Part shown: positions 40,186 to 49,187 of the stretch, one piece after another
Position numbering within the stretch: the stretch's first letter is position 1
Layout: each line of letters opens with the position of its first letter
Assembly (NCBI GenBank): GCA_944320235.1
Contig: CALUGQ010000010.1
Location: 2,040-66,039, forward strand
Length of the DNA: 64,000 nucleotides
Direction: 5' to 3'
From: an uncultured Prevotella sp.
GTDB taxonomy: Bacteria; Bacteroidota; Bacteroidia; Bacteroidales; Bacteroidaceae
Program-made: the position numbers and the translations under genes
The notes under the pieces: generated by a model
What the model was told of the DNA's origin: nothing
Seen by the model: the letters and a program-made list of their open reading frames with translations, nothing else
Database searches by the model: none

Positions 40186-40788
40186 GTGAAGCATAAGACA
40201 ACAAGACTGATACTGACATTCATCATGTGCGCCGTAGCGGCCGCGCAGGCACAATACGTGCAGCGGGGCAAGGCCACCTATTACTCAAAGCGGGCCACAG
40301 GGGCACGCACAAGCAGCGGCGAGCGGCTGCACCACGACAGCCTGACCTGCGCCCACCGCACCTACCCATTCGGCACGAAGCTGCAGGTCACCAACCTGCA
40401 GAACGGCCGTTCGGTCGTGGTGCGCGTCACCGACCGCGGCCCTTTCGCCCGAGGCAGGATAATAGACCTGTCGTGGCGCGCCGCCAAGGAGCTGGGCATA
40501 CTCACACAGGGCGTGGCCATGGTGGAGGTGGTGAGGGCCGACGAGATTGTGGTTCCGTTCAAGCCGAGCAACGACAAGCGGCTGGTGGAGTTCGACTTTG
40601 AGAGCTCCGACCTCGAAGACCACCTGCGGCCGTCGTGGCACGAAATGCGCGAGGCCAACCGCCGGCCTCCACGCAAAGCGGCAAGACGCCGTGCCACAAC
40701 CCGCCATAGCGGCAAAGCGGCGCGGCATGACAGCCACACGGGCTCACAGCGCAAGCCACCGGCAGACAGCAAGGAAGCGGGCCGCTGA
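40186..40788 (+). CDS. rlpA: Septal ring lytic transglycosylase RlpA family
   Basis: GKATYY, TCAHRTYPFGT, VTDRGPF, RIIDLS; GTG start. Confidence 0.88.
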   Translation: MKHKTTRLILTFIMCAVAAAQAQYVQRGKATYYSKRATGARTSSGERLHHDSLTCAHRTYPFGTKLQVTNLQNGRSVVVRVTDRGPFARGRIIDLSWRAAKELGILTQGVAMVEVVRADEIVVPFKPSNDKRLVEFDFESSDLEDHLRPSWHEMREANRRPPRKAARRRATTRHSGKAARHDSHTGSQRKPPADSKEAGR

Positions 40789-40878
40789 CCCTCACGGCGA
40801 GGGCAAGCAGCCCGCATTTCATCAATGCCCATGCTTCAAGCCAAGTGCGGGTGAAGCCCCGTGCCTGCAAATGGGCTG

Positions 40879-41739
40879 TCAGCGCTTGCGCAGCGGCACG
40901 CGCAGCTCCCTGACCTGCGACGTTATCTCCTTGTCGCCCTGCACTACGCCCAGCCTCAGCACTGCCTCGCCGTCCTTGAGGCGCGAGTCGGCAAACACGG
41001 TTGCCGTGTAGCGCACGCCACGCCCGGGCGCTATGCTCTCCACGCGCAGCGGCGGCGAGACATGAACGTGCTTGTTGCCGGTAGACTCCACCACCATCGG
41101 ATGGACATCATAGAGCGTCACGCCGCCAAAATTCATCACCTCAAACGACACCTTTGCGCTCTCGCGGCGGCTCAGTGCGCCGTCGCCCCCGGCATCGGCG
41201 AAGCTGATGTTGCGCACCTCTATGCCTTTGTTCACTGCCAGCTTGTAGCCCGGCATGGTGGCCTTGAGCTCATCGACCGATACCGACGGGGCTGCCACTG
41301 GCCGGCCCGCGTTGCCGTATTGCGGGTGCGAGCCGCCCTCAGGCTCCATCACTATGCGGTCGTCGCCACTATGCGTGGGGTCGAAGCCGCTCTCGTCGGC
41401 TTGCTGCCGTGGCGGGTTGTAGGCACTGCCGCCCTCGTGCCAGTCTCCCCTGCCCTGCCCGCCGCCATAACGCGAGTCGCGGTATTCCATGTAGCGGCGA
41501 TACTCTTCCTGCTTGGCCTTGTCGGCAGCCGAGCCCACAGCAGCCCCGAGGGCAGCCCCCCCGGCCATGCCGACCAGGGTGCCCACGTCGCTCCCGCGCG
41601 GCCCGCCGGTTATGCCGCCTATGGCCGAGCCGAGTATCGTGCCAAAGGTGGCTCCGGTGGCCGCGCCCTGCCCTGCGTATGAGCCGCACGAGGCCAGTGC
41701 CAGGGCTGCGCTCAATGTGAGTAAAACGCCCTTTTTCAT
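40879..41739 (-). CDS. Glycine-zipper lipoprotein with C-terminal Ig-like domain
   Basis: Lipobox ALASC, GATFGTILGSAIGG..GAALGAAVG; start 41739. Confidence 0.75.
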   Translation of the reverse strand: MKKGVLLTLSAALALASCGSYAGQGAATGATFGTILGSAIGGITGGPRGSDVGTLVGMAGGAALGAAVGSAADKAKQEEYRRYMEYRDSRYGGGQGRGDWHEGGSAYNPPRQQADESGFDPTHSGDDRIVMEPEGGSHPQYGNAGRPVAAPSVSVDELKATMPGYKLAVNKGIEVRNISFADAGGDGALSRRESAKVSFEVMNFGGVTLYDVHPMVVESTGNKHVHVSPPLRVESIAPGRGVRYTATVFADSRLKDGEAVLRLGVVQGDKEITSQVRELRVPLRKR

Positions 41740-42228
41740 GTCATCACAAGTTTGTATCAGTGTGCTAAGATACAAATAATAATCCAATGGCGCATCATAA
41801 AAAAGGTGAAAAGAGCCACGATGCCTGCCCAAAGCCCAAGCGCAACGGCCATTTAGGCCACAACTGCGGGAATGGAGAACAGCGGCCATGCCCCAGAGAA
41901 GCAGGCAAAAGAGACGCAAGAGCAGCACTGCGGGTGACTGCACACCGCCAATATGGGCTGAAAGCCGTTTGTGGAAAAGCACTTGCTTATGGAATCCGCC
42001 CCGCAACCTTTTTTAGTTAAACAAACATAAAAACACGCTGCCAGCGGCGCATTTTCACCATTCCATACACGCCAACAATATTTTTTTATTATCTTTAACG
42101 CCAGAAAATGATAAAGCAATGAACAATTTCCCCTGCACCCAAGGGGGAGCGCAGCATTTGCGCCACGAGACTATATCATACGCGCGGCATGCTTGCCGCC
42201 TACTGTTCACACCTAACCACAAAACAAC

Positions 42229-43392
42229 ATGAAGCGAGTACTATCAGTCATCACGCTCCTGCTCTGCATCACCACAATGGCGGGCCAAGAGCAAAAGTAC
42301 GGCCAACTGTACGTGGCCGACCACCTTACGCGCGACTCCATCAAGCTGGAGGCAGTGGAACATACCCCCGAAGCCAAGGGAAACGCCGCCATCATGGTGC
42401 CCAACGGCGACACACTGCGGCTGGCGGGCATGGACGGCGAGGCCGCCATAGTGGAATACCAGGGCAAGCGATACAAGACCTACGGCAGTTTCATGCGCTT
42501 CGTGAGCGACAACGAGGCGGGCGACGGCAACGTGGCCCAGGACGAGTACGACGCGCGCTACCACTCGGTGATGGGCGACTTCTTCTACAGCCCCGTGCCG
42601 CTTGTCATCATCTTTGTGCTCCTTGCGGTGGCCGGGGTGGCCATGCTGATGGTGAGGCGGGCCGACACCATGGGCAAGGCCCTGCCATCGCTCGCCACGC
42701 TGATGGGGTCGCTGCTGGTGGCGTGCATAGTGGAGGCCATGTTCCTTGTATATACCGACGACATCACCTGGTGGTGCGACTCCGATAGCTTCTGGGCTTC
42801 ACTATTCTCGCTGCTGCCCGCCATGCTCGCCCTGGCCGTGCAGCTGTACGTAGGCATAGGCATAAAGAAAAAGCTGGAAGAGCTTACTGGCAGCTCGCTG
42901 TCGCTGAAGACGGCCTTCCTGAGCATCCCGCTGGCACTGGTGCTTACCTTCATCGTGGCCATAATGCACTACGGCGACTTCGTGCAAGGAACGGTGTTCC
43001 TTGCCACGATGGCAGTGTGCGCCCTCTATTCGTGGTACAAGAACGGCCGCGGGCTGGGCGTGGCCTCGGGCCTGGCCTACACCTTGTTCAACTTCGTATA
43101 TGCCCTCGGGGCGATCATCGCCGTGGCTGTGCTGCTTATCCTGATATGGAACATGTTCATGATCGTGCTGCCCTACCTGCTTATGGCCGCAGCGGCGATA
43201 GTGGCCTACGCATTCTTGTCGAGCAGCTCGAGCAGCTCGGGCAGCAGTGGCGGTGGCGGCTACGGCAACAATGGCGACCAGTGGACAAACATCGACGGCC
43301 ACTGGGGAACGAAACACGCCGACGGCTCGTTCACCACCGGCGGCACAACCTACAAGCGCGACGGCCTCACGGGCGAGTGGAAAAAGAAATAA
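42229..43392 (+). CDS. Hypothetical membrane protein (exported N-terminal domain, ~7 TM, Ser/Gly-linked C-terminal tail)
   Basis: Signal peptide, SH3-like beta segment, hydrophobic helices. Confidence 0.7.
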   Translation: MKRVLSVITLLLCITTMAGQEQKYGQLYVADHLTRDSIKLEAVEHTPEAKGNAAIMVPNGDTLRLAGMDGEAAIVEYQGKRYKTYGSFMRFVSDNEAGDGNVAQDEYDARYHSVMGDFFYSPVPLVIIFVLLAVAGVAMLMVRRADTMGKALPSLATLMGSLLVACIVEAMFLVYTDDITWWCDSDSFWASLFSLLPAMLALAVQLYVGIGIKKKLEELTGSSLSLKTAFLSIPLALVLTFIVAIMHYGDFVQGTVFLATMAVCALYSWYKNGRGLGVASGLAYTLFNFVYALGAIIAVAVLLILIWNMFMIVLPYLLMAAAAIVAYAFLSSSSSSSGSSGGGGYGNNGDQWTNIDGHWGTKHADGSFTTGGTTYKRDGLTGEWKKK

Positions 43393-43816
43393 GCCCATGG
43401 CCTGGCATCCGCCTGGCTAAGCACAACGCCTCAACAACACTCACGCCAAGGCGGGCTTGCGGCCACAAATGGCCGCAAGCCCGCCTAAACGTTGCCGCGC
43501 GCAGCAAGCCGCATCCTGCGTTGGCCAAAGCATGGCTGCGCTTCAACCCAAAATCGCATCAGACTTCAGCCGGATTTCGCGCTGCCAGTCAGATTGACTT
43601 CCGGTTTTGCCGAAGATACCATGGCAGAGACGCGGCGCGCCGCGTCTCTACTGCGAGAAAAGGCGGAAGGCAAGATGCCGGCAGCGGTGCGGAAGATGGC
43701 TGAAGAGACAACAATCAAGTGAAAATGTAGTTTTGGCGGCCTAACTACCGATTAGGGATAATTGCGAATATGCAAGCAAAGACGCCCCGCTCCACCGTGG
43801 CTTCACGGATGCGGCA

Positions 43817-43904
43817 TGCCGCCGCGCAATACAGCCCATATTGAGTTGCAATACGGCCTGTCCCAGCCGCCAAGACGCGCCGTTTCGCAAGCCGCAACGG
43901 CACA
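43817..43904. repeat. 22-bp-periodic intergenic array
   Basis: tattgagttgcaatacggcctg / tcccagccgccaagacgcgccg / tttcgcaagccgcaacggcaca. Confidence 0.7.
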
Positions 43905-44081
43905 GCCTGCCAACCGGCTGGACATCAATCGGTTAGCCGCAGCAGGCATTGCCATTTCAGATTAACGCAAAAAACATTAAGCCCCAAGCCTGTTGCCATG
44001 CTTCAGCCGGATGGCGTGCCGGCACACAACGGCTTGAGAATAAAGCCTCAAGCCATCCGGGCAAAAGGATTCAGGGCTGAA

Positions 44082-44255
44082 TCACAACAAGATGCCCACA
44101 GCCGCAACGATCACGGCTATCCCGACAGCCAAGGCCACCGCGCTCCACACGAACAACATCCGGGGCATGGCGCCCACCACGTGGCGCAGGCCTTCATCGC
44201 GCAGTTCCACGCCGCCGCGCCCCTTTCCTCCGTTAGTGTCAACAGTATCGCTCAT
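44082..44255 (-). CDS. 57-aa truncated HlyD-like membrane-fusion N-terminus
   Basis: Manual translation MSDTVDTNGGKGRGGVELRDEGLRHVVGAMPRMLFVWSAVALAVGIAVIVAAVGILL; ATGA overlap with the exporter stop. Confidence 0.6.
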   Translation of the reverse strand: MSDTVDTNGGKGRGGVELRDEGLRHVVGAMPRMLFVWSAVALAVGIAVIVAAVGILL

Positions 44256-46447
44256 AGTTCCAACTGATTCTTGACCAACCTGTAATAAGCCCCGCGCAAG
44301 GCAGCAAGCTCCTCGTGAGTGCCTTGCTCCACGATGCGCCCACGCTCCATCACCACTATGCGGTCGGCGCCGCGCACGGTGCTCAGCCTGTGGGCTATCA
44401 CGAGCACGGTGCGCCCGCGCAGGAATGCACCCAGCCCCTCAACAATGGCCCGCTCGTTGCTTGCGTCGAGCGAATTGGTGGCCTCGTCCATGAAGATGTA
44501 CTCCGGCTCCTTGTAAATGGCCCGCGCTATGAGTATGCGCTGACGCTGGCCCGCGCTCAGGCCCATGCCGTTGCGCCCTACGCGGGTGTCGTACTTAAGC
44601 GGCAAGCGCTCGGCAAACTCGTCCACGCGCGCCATGCGGGCGGCGCGCAGCAGCCGCCCGGCATCCACCTCGCCGTCGCCCACGGCTATGTTGCGGGCTA
44701 TCGACTCGGAGAACACCACCCCGTCCTGCATCACCACGCCAAGGCGGCTGCGCCACCACTGCGGGTCGTAGTCGGCGAGCAGCCGCCCGCCTACGGTTAT
44801 CGCGCCGGCCTCGGGCGCATAGTAGCCCAGCAGCAGCTTCAGCAGCGTGGTCTTGCCGCTGCCGCTCACGCCGACGATGGCCGTGGTCTTGCCCTCGGCG
44901 ATGTCGAGGCTCACGCCGCTGAGCGTGGGGCTGGGGGCGTTGGGGTCGTAGCGGAACGTGACGCCTTGCAGGCTCAAGGTGCGCCCCTTGGTGGCGAAGG
45001 CCGTGAGCGCGCCCTCGCGCCCCTCGCCCTTGGCCTGGTGCACCTCGCCTATGCGCTCAAGGCTCAGCCTTACGTCCTGCAGCGAATATACGAAGCCGAG
45101 CAGGCTCTCCACCGGGGCCGACAGCTGCCCGATGATGTACTGCACGGCCAGCATCTGCCCGAGCGTCAGCCGCCCGTCGATGACGGCCATGGCGGCCAGC
45201 ACCGTCACCACCACGTTCTTCACGCCGTTGATGAGCACGCCGCCGGCCTCCTCGGCCTGCTGCAGCTTGAGGCCCTTCATGCGCACGCCGTAGAGGGCGG
45301 CCTCGGCCTCCTCCCACTCGCGGCGGCGGCGCAGGCGGCAGTCCTGCAGCTTGGCCTCCTGCATGGTGGTGACGAGCTGCCACGTGGTGTCCTGCGCCTC
45401 GGCGGCCTTGCCGAACCGCTCGCGGTCGAGCACGCGGCGGCGCCCGAGGAAAGCCCTTATCCACAGGCCGTAAAGCAGGCTGAAGGCCATGAACACGCCG
45501 AACACCACTGCATCGTAGGCCAGCAACACGAAGCCGAACACGCAAAACGTGGCGGCGGAGAACAGCACCGTGAGCGCACCGCCGGTGAGAAACTGCTCCA
45601 CGCGGTCGTGGTCGCCCATGCGCTGCATTATGTCGCCGGTGTGCTTGGTGTCGAAGAAAGCCATGGGCAGGGTGAAGAGCTTACAGAGGAAGTCGGAGAC
45701 GATGGCCAGGTTGACCCTCATGCTCACGTGGAGCAGCAGCCAGCGGCGCACGAAGTCGATGGCCGTGGAGCTGAGCGTGAGCATGAGCTGCCCGGCAAGC
45801 ACGAGCCATACGAAGCCTATGTCGCGCTGGGCGATGCCGCGGTCGACTATGGCCTGGGTGAGCAGCGGCAGCAGCAGCTGCAGGGCGCTGCCCACGGCCA
45901 GCCCCGCCGCCACGTGGGCCAGGGCGCGGCGGTGGCGCCCCATGTAGCCCAGCAGGAAGCGCAGCGAGCGCGGCCCGGGGGCGCGCCCGGCTCCTGCGTC
46001 GGGCCTGAAGCCTGCCGACGGCTCCAAGAGCAAGGCTATGCCCTTGTCCTCGCCGCCGGAGCACGCGCTGAGCCAGCACTCCTCCATCTCGCCGCGCCCG
46101 CACACCACCAGCCCCCTGGCGGGGTCGGCAAGGCAGTAGCGCGCCCGGCTGCCGCTGCCCTTTATGCGGTAAAGCACCACGAAGTGCTGCTGCCGCCAAT
46201 GGAGGATGGCGGGCAGCGGCACCTTGCCAAGGGCATCAAGCGAAAGGCGGCCAGCCACCGTGTGAAGCCCATAGGCTTCGGCTGCGCGGCTCAGCCCCAG
46301 CAGCGACGCCCCCTCGGCCGTGGGAGGGCAAAGGGCCTCCACCTCGGCCATGGCGCACCGCCGCCCATAGTGCTCAAGCACCATGCGGAGACAGGCCACG
46401 CCGCACTGCATGGCATCGTGCTGGAGATATAGCGGGAAGCGGTTCAT
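44252..46447 (-). CDS. C39 peptidase-containing ABC transporter (PCAT)
   Basis: QHDAMQCG catalytic Cys, HWRQQHFVV, TMD, GVSGSGKT, LSAGQ, MDEAT. Confidence 0.95.
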   Translation of the reverse strand: MNRFPLYLQHDAMQCGVACLRMVLEHYGRRCAMAEVEALCPPTAEGASLLGLSRAAEAYGLHTVAGRLSLDALGKVPLPAILHWRQQHFVVLYRIKGSGSRARYCLADPARGLVVCGRGEMEECWLSACSGGEDKGIALLLEPSAGFRPDAGAGRAPGPRSLRFLLGYMGRHRRALAHVAAGLAVGSALQLLLPLLTQAIVDRGIAQRDIGFVWLVLAGQLMLTLSSTAIDFVRRWLLLHVSMRVNLAIVSDFLCKLFTLPMAFFDTKHTGDIMQRMGDHDRVEQFLTGGALTVLFSAATFCVFGFVLLAYDAVVFGVFMAFSLLYGLWIRAFLGRRRVLDRERFGKAAEAQDTTWQLVTTMQEAKLQDCRLRRRREWEEAEAALYGVRMKGLKLQQAEEAGGVLINGVKNVVVTVLAAMAVIDGRLTLGQMLAVQYIIGQLSAPVESLLGFVYSLQDVRLSLERIGEVHQAKGEGREGALTAFATKGRTLSLQGVTFRYDPNAPSPTLSGVSLDIAEGKTTAIVGVSGSGKTTLLKLLLGYYAPEAGAITVGGRLLADYDPQWWRSRLGVVMQDGVVFSESIARNIAVGDGEVDAGRLLRAARMARVDEFAERLPLKYDTRVGRNGMGLSAGQRQRILIARAIYKEPEYIFMDEATNSLDASNERAIVEGLGAFLRGRTVLVIAHRLSTVRGADRIVVMERGRIVEQGTHEELAALRGAYYRLVKNQLEL

Positions 46448-46456
46448 GTGATATCA

Positions 46457-46599
46457 GGAGTTAAGGAGTTAGGGAGTCAGGGAGTTAAGGAGTTAAGACG
46501 CATGCAAGAGACCCCGCCACAGCGCGCTGCCCTTTTACCTTTTTACTTTTTTACCTTTTTACTTTTTTACCTTTTTACTTTTTTACCTTTTTACTTTTA
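46457..46599. repeat. Simple sequence repeats: ggagttaa-type 8-mer x5 and cctttttactttttta 16-mer x3.5
   Basis: Read directly at 46457-46496 and 46538-46593. Confidence 0.9.
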
Positions 46600-46601
46600 T
46601 G

Positions 46602-48698
46602 TCATAGTCGCATTATTCCAGACGAGCCTTTCTCCACGTTGAGCTTCTCGCGCTCCACTTTCTTGCGGCCGAAGTCGAAGCTGTAAGACAGGCTGACGTA
46701 AGCCTTCCGCCCGTTGAGAGAGGTGGTGGTGCTGTTGTCAAACCTGTAAACGCCGTGGTCGGCCCAAGTGCGCAAGGCATAGTTGCCATCAAAGAAGAGC
46801 TGGCCGCCCACGGCCACGTGGAGCCCCTTGTGGTGCCAGGCCAGCTCCGCGATGTAGAATTGCGGAATCTCTTGATAGTAGCCGCCCCACTCGAGGCTGC
46901 GCCGCTTGGTGACATACTGCGCCATGATGCTGAAGTTCTTAATGTAGTAGTTGCCTGTAAGGGCGAACAGCCAGCGGCCCGAGTTGCAGGAGTTTAGCCC
47001 GGTGATGCGCTGCCCCCTATACTGCAGCGTGGGCGAGAGCTGCAGCGAGCGCTTGAATAGGAACAGCGAGGCCGACACCCCGGCGAGATAGGTGATGTGC
47101 TTGCCGTCGGAAATGTAAGTGCTCACCAGCGTTCCGCCCTCGTCCATATAGTAAGGCTTCGTGTAGTCGGTGTATATCGTGGAACTGCCATATACCGAGA
47201 TGTTGGCGTTCTTTAGCGAAAGGTTGTACGAGGCGTTCACGAAATGCACCTTGGTGATGTCCAAGTGGGGGTTGCCCCGCTGCACGGTGTACTGGTTTAC
47301 GCGCTGTTCCGTGCTGTTGTAGTTGTACATCTGCGGCACGTTGCTCGCCATGTGCCAATATGCATACAGCGAGCTGCGCCCGTTTATCTTGTAGTTGATG
47401 GTGGCCCCGGGGCGCGGCAGCAGCTTGCTTAAGGTGCCTATGCCCTTCACCCTGTACAAATCCCAGTATAGGCCAAAGCGGGCAGAAAGCGTAAGCCGCT
47501 TGCCAAAGGTGTGCGAATAGCTGGGGTCAAAGAGCACCACGCCGTCGTCAATCCCCTGGTCGGCAGCCATGGTGCCTGCGTATGTGGTGCGGTTGCTGCT
47601 GAATCTCCCAAACAGCATCGCCCCTATGGCATTGCCGTGCTTCAGGTCGGCGTTATATACGAGCATGGCGTCGGCACGGTATTGCTTTTCCTTCGAGTCA
47701 GTGACCACGGTGGGCAGCGAGCCTTCGGTGTAAGTGCGGCTGTAGGTGTTGTCGGCATACCAGCCGCTGGCCGAAGCCCGAAGCCGATGACCCTTGGCCA
47801 CCTCCGTCTCAAGGAAGAAGTTCATCGACGGGGTGGCGTTGCGACTGTGATTGTCGGTCACAGCTTCCGACGAGGGATAGGCCTGCGGCGTGTAGCTCAC
47901 CATGGTGCTTTGGTGGCTCTCGGGCATCTCGCTCCAGTTAAAGCCGAGGTCGAGAATGGCGGTGGTCTTTTCCGTGCGGTACTTGGTGCGCAGCAGGCCG
48001 TAGTGGTTTTGCGTCTTTGTCAACAGGCCGAGGGCAGTCTCCTTCTTGGTGAACGGCGTGGCAAAGCCCACGTATTCAGTGCCGCTGGTGCCGGGCGTAT
48101 CCTCCTTTGTGAAGCCGGTGCCTGCGTAGAGGGTGAAGTTGAATTTGTTCACGTCGAGGCTCGCCTGCAGTGAATAGTCGCCGTAGTCGAGCCATGGGTA
48201 GGCAAGGGTGCTTGTGCGCATGTCTACGTAGCCGCCGCGGTCGTACTTGCGCGTGATGAAGTTGAGCACGGTCTGCTCGCTAGGAAAGGCGGGCGACGGG
48301 CGGTCGTAGTACTCCACCCGCACTATGTCCTTGGGCCTCAGCCTGTCGGCCTCCGTGACGTCGGCCTTGCGGTTGTCTATGTATATGGAGGGAGCTGTGC
48401 CGTCGGCGTTCTTCACGGTCTTGCCTATGTGGTCCACCAGCAGCTTTGGTATCATCATGCGCGCCAGCAAGCTTATGCCCGAGGCCGAGGCGTCAGCCTG
48501 CCGCTTGGTGGGCATGTAGTTGGTGTGGTCGTCCTTTTGTATGGCCATGCGCCCCTCTACGGTGACGCCCCCGAGGTCTACTTGGCGAAATATGCTGTCC
48601 TGCCCCGCCGCCTGCGCCGTGCTGTCTGCCGCGGCGGCACGGGCCTCAACGCCGAAGAACGCCAGCAATGCAACAATTGTTAAGCAAAAACCCTTCAT
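46602..48698 (-). CDS. Outer-membrane beta-barrel protein (plug plus barrel), paralog 2
   Basis: Signal peptide, LRPKDIVRVEYYDRP plug motif, C-terminal SLSYSFDFGRK; start MKGFCL at 48698. Confidence 0.8.
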   Translation of the reverse strand: MKGFCLTIVALLAFFGVEARAAAADSTAQAAGQDSIFRQVDLGGVTVEGRMAIQKDDHTNYMPTKRQADASASGISLLARMMIPKLLVDHIGKTVKNADGTAPSIYIDNRKADVTEADRLRPKDIVRVEYYDRPSPAFPSEQTVLNFITRKYDRGGYVDMRTSTLAYPWLDYGDYSLQASLDVNKFNFTLYAGTGFTKEDTPGTSGTEYVGFATPFTKKETALGLLTKTQNHYGLLRTKYRTEKTTAILDLGFNWSEMPESHQSTMVSYTPQAYPSSEAVTDNHSRNATPSMNFFLETEVAKGHRLRASASGWYADNTYSRTYTEGSLPTVVTDSKEKQYRADAMLVYNADLKHGNAIGAMLFGRFSSNRTTYAGTMAADQGIDDGVVLFDPSYSHTFGKRLTLSARFGLYWDLYRVKGIGTLSKLLPRPGATINYKINGRSSLYAYWHMASNVPQMYNYNSTEQRVNQYTVQRGNPHLDITKVHFVNASYNLSLKNANISVYGSSTIYTDYTKPYYMDEGGTLVSTYISDGKHITYLAGVSASLFLFKRSLQLSPTLQYRGQRITGLNSCNSGRWLFALTGNYYIKNFSIMAQYVTKRRSLEWGGYYQEIPQFYIAELAWHHKGLHVAVGGQLFFDGNYALRTWADHGVYRFDNSTTTSLNGRKAYVSLSYSFDFGRKKVEREKLNVEKGSSGIMRL

Positions 48699-48723
48699 AG
48701 GCAACAATTTTATGTTATATATG

Positions 48724-48731
48724 CAAAGATA
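48724..48731 (-). promoter_or_regulatory. -7 promoter element TATCTTTG upstream of barrel 2
   Basis: Reverse complement of caaagata matches TAnnTTTG. Confidence 0.5.
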
Positions 48732-48926
48732 GTGAAAATCACGCAAACAAGAAAAAAAAAAAGACATTTCGCATATAATCATGTCAAAAAATTCTCGATA
48801 TGCAAGAAAATGCCTCACTTTGCTTGCTTTGACTTATAATACATATACAGCATATCAAACAATGCATCTTCGTTGTCTTTATATATGCTGCACAGTTCGT
48901 AATATTCTGTTAAATATGAATCTCTC

Positions 48927-48959
48927 AAAAATGAAGAAGCACTTAAAGCACTTCTTCAT
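48927..48959 (-). terminator. Intrinsic terminator after the precursor gene
   Basis: Minus-strand RNA AUGAAGAAGUGC-UUUAA-GUGCUUCUUCAU-UUUU. Confidence 0.7.
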
Positions 48960-48986
48960 TTCTGAAATAGCATTTGGTTCACAATG

Positions 48987-49160
48987 TCAGCACTTTGCGT
49001 TTGTACCTACACAGCCGCCACAAACACTGTTGCAACCACACATATTGTGAGTCTCTTGGCATCCGCTATTAGTTCCCAAGCCACCAAGGACTGCGAGGGA
49101 TTCCCCATCGCTCAGACGCTGAATGATGCTCAGCTCGTTAAGTCTTTTCTTAATTTCCAT
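48987..49160 (-). CDS. RiPP precursor peptide, double-glycine leader and six-Cys core
   Basis: MEIKKRLNELSIIQRLSDGESLAVLGG|LGTNSGCQETHNMCGCNSVCGGCVGTNAKC*; A-rich translation initiation region, 27 nt after the upstream stop. Confidence 0.9.
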   Translation of the reverse strand: MEIKKRLNELSIIQRLSDGESLAVLGGLGTNSGCQETHNMCGCNSVCGGCVGTNAKC

Positions 49161-49187
49161 AATTGTTGTTTTTTAAAAGATTAAACA

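Noticed and set aside
1143-43904. 22-bp arrays as CRISPR arrays
   Set aside because: Units are contiguous and degenerate, with no unique spacers, and there are no cas genes in the window
43998-44274. Plus-strand ORFs 43998-44267 and 44092-44274
   Set aside because: Antisense to the translationally coupled mini-HlyD ORF and low in information
44315-46432. Long antisense ORFs (also 8866-10902, 3025-4323, 25058-26569, 38685-40100)
   Set aside because: Shadow frames opposite well-supported genes, expected in GC-rich DNA; no recognisable motifs
48987-49160. Assignment as SCIFF or as a lanthipeptide
   Set aside because: It has six Cys but no resemblance to the SCIFF sequence and carries a GG leader; no LanB/C/M genes are present
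48781-49184. Plus-strand ORFs 48781-49050 and 48984-49184 in the ORF track
   Set aside because: The minus-strand frame gives a GG-leader peptide co-oriented with the operon, with a proper initiation region and terminator; the plus ORFs have no such support
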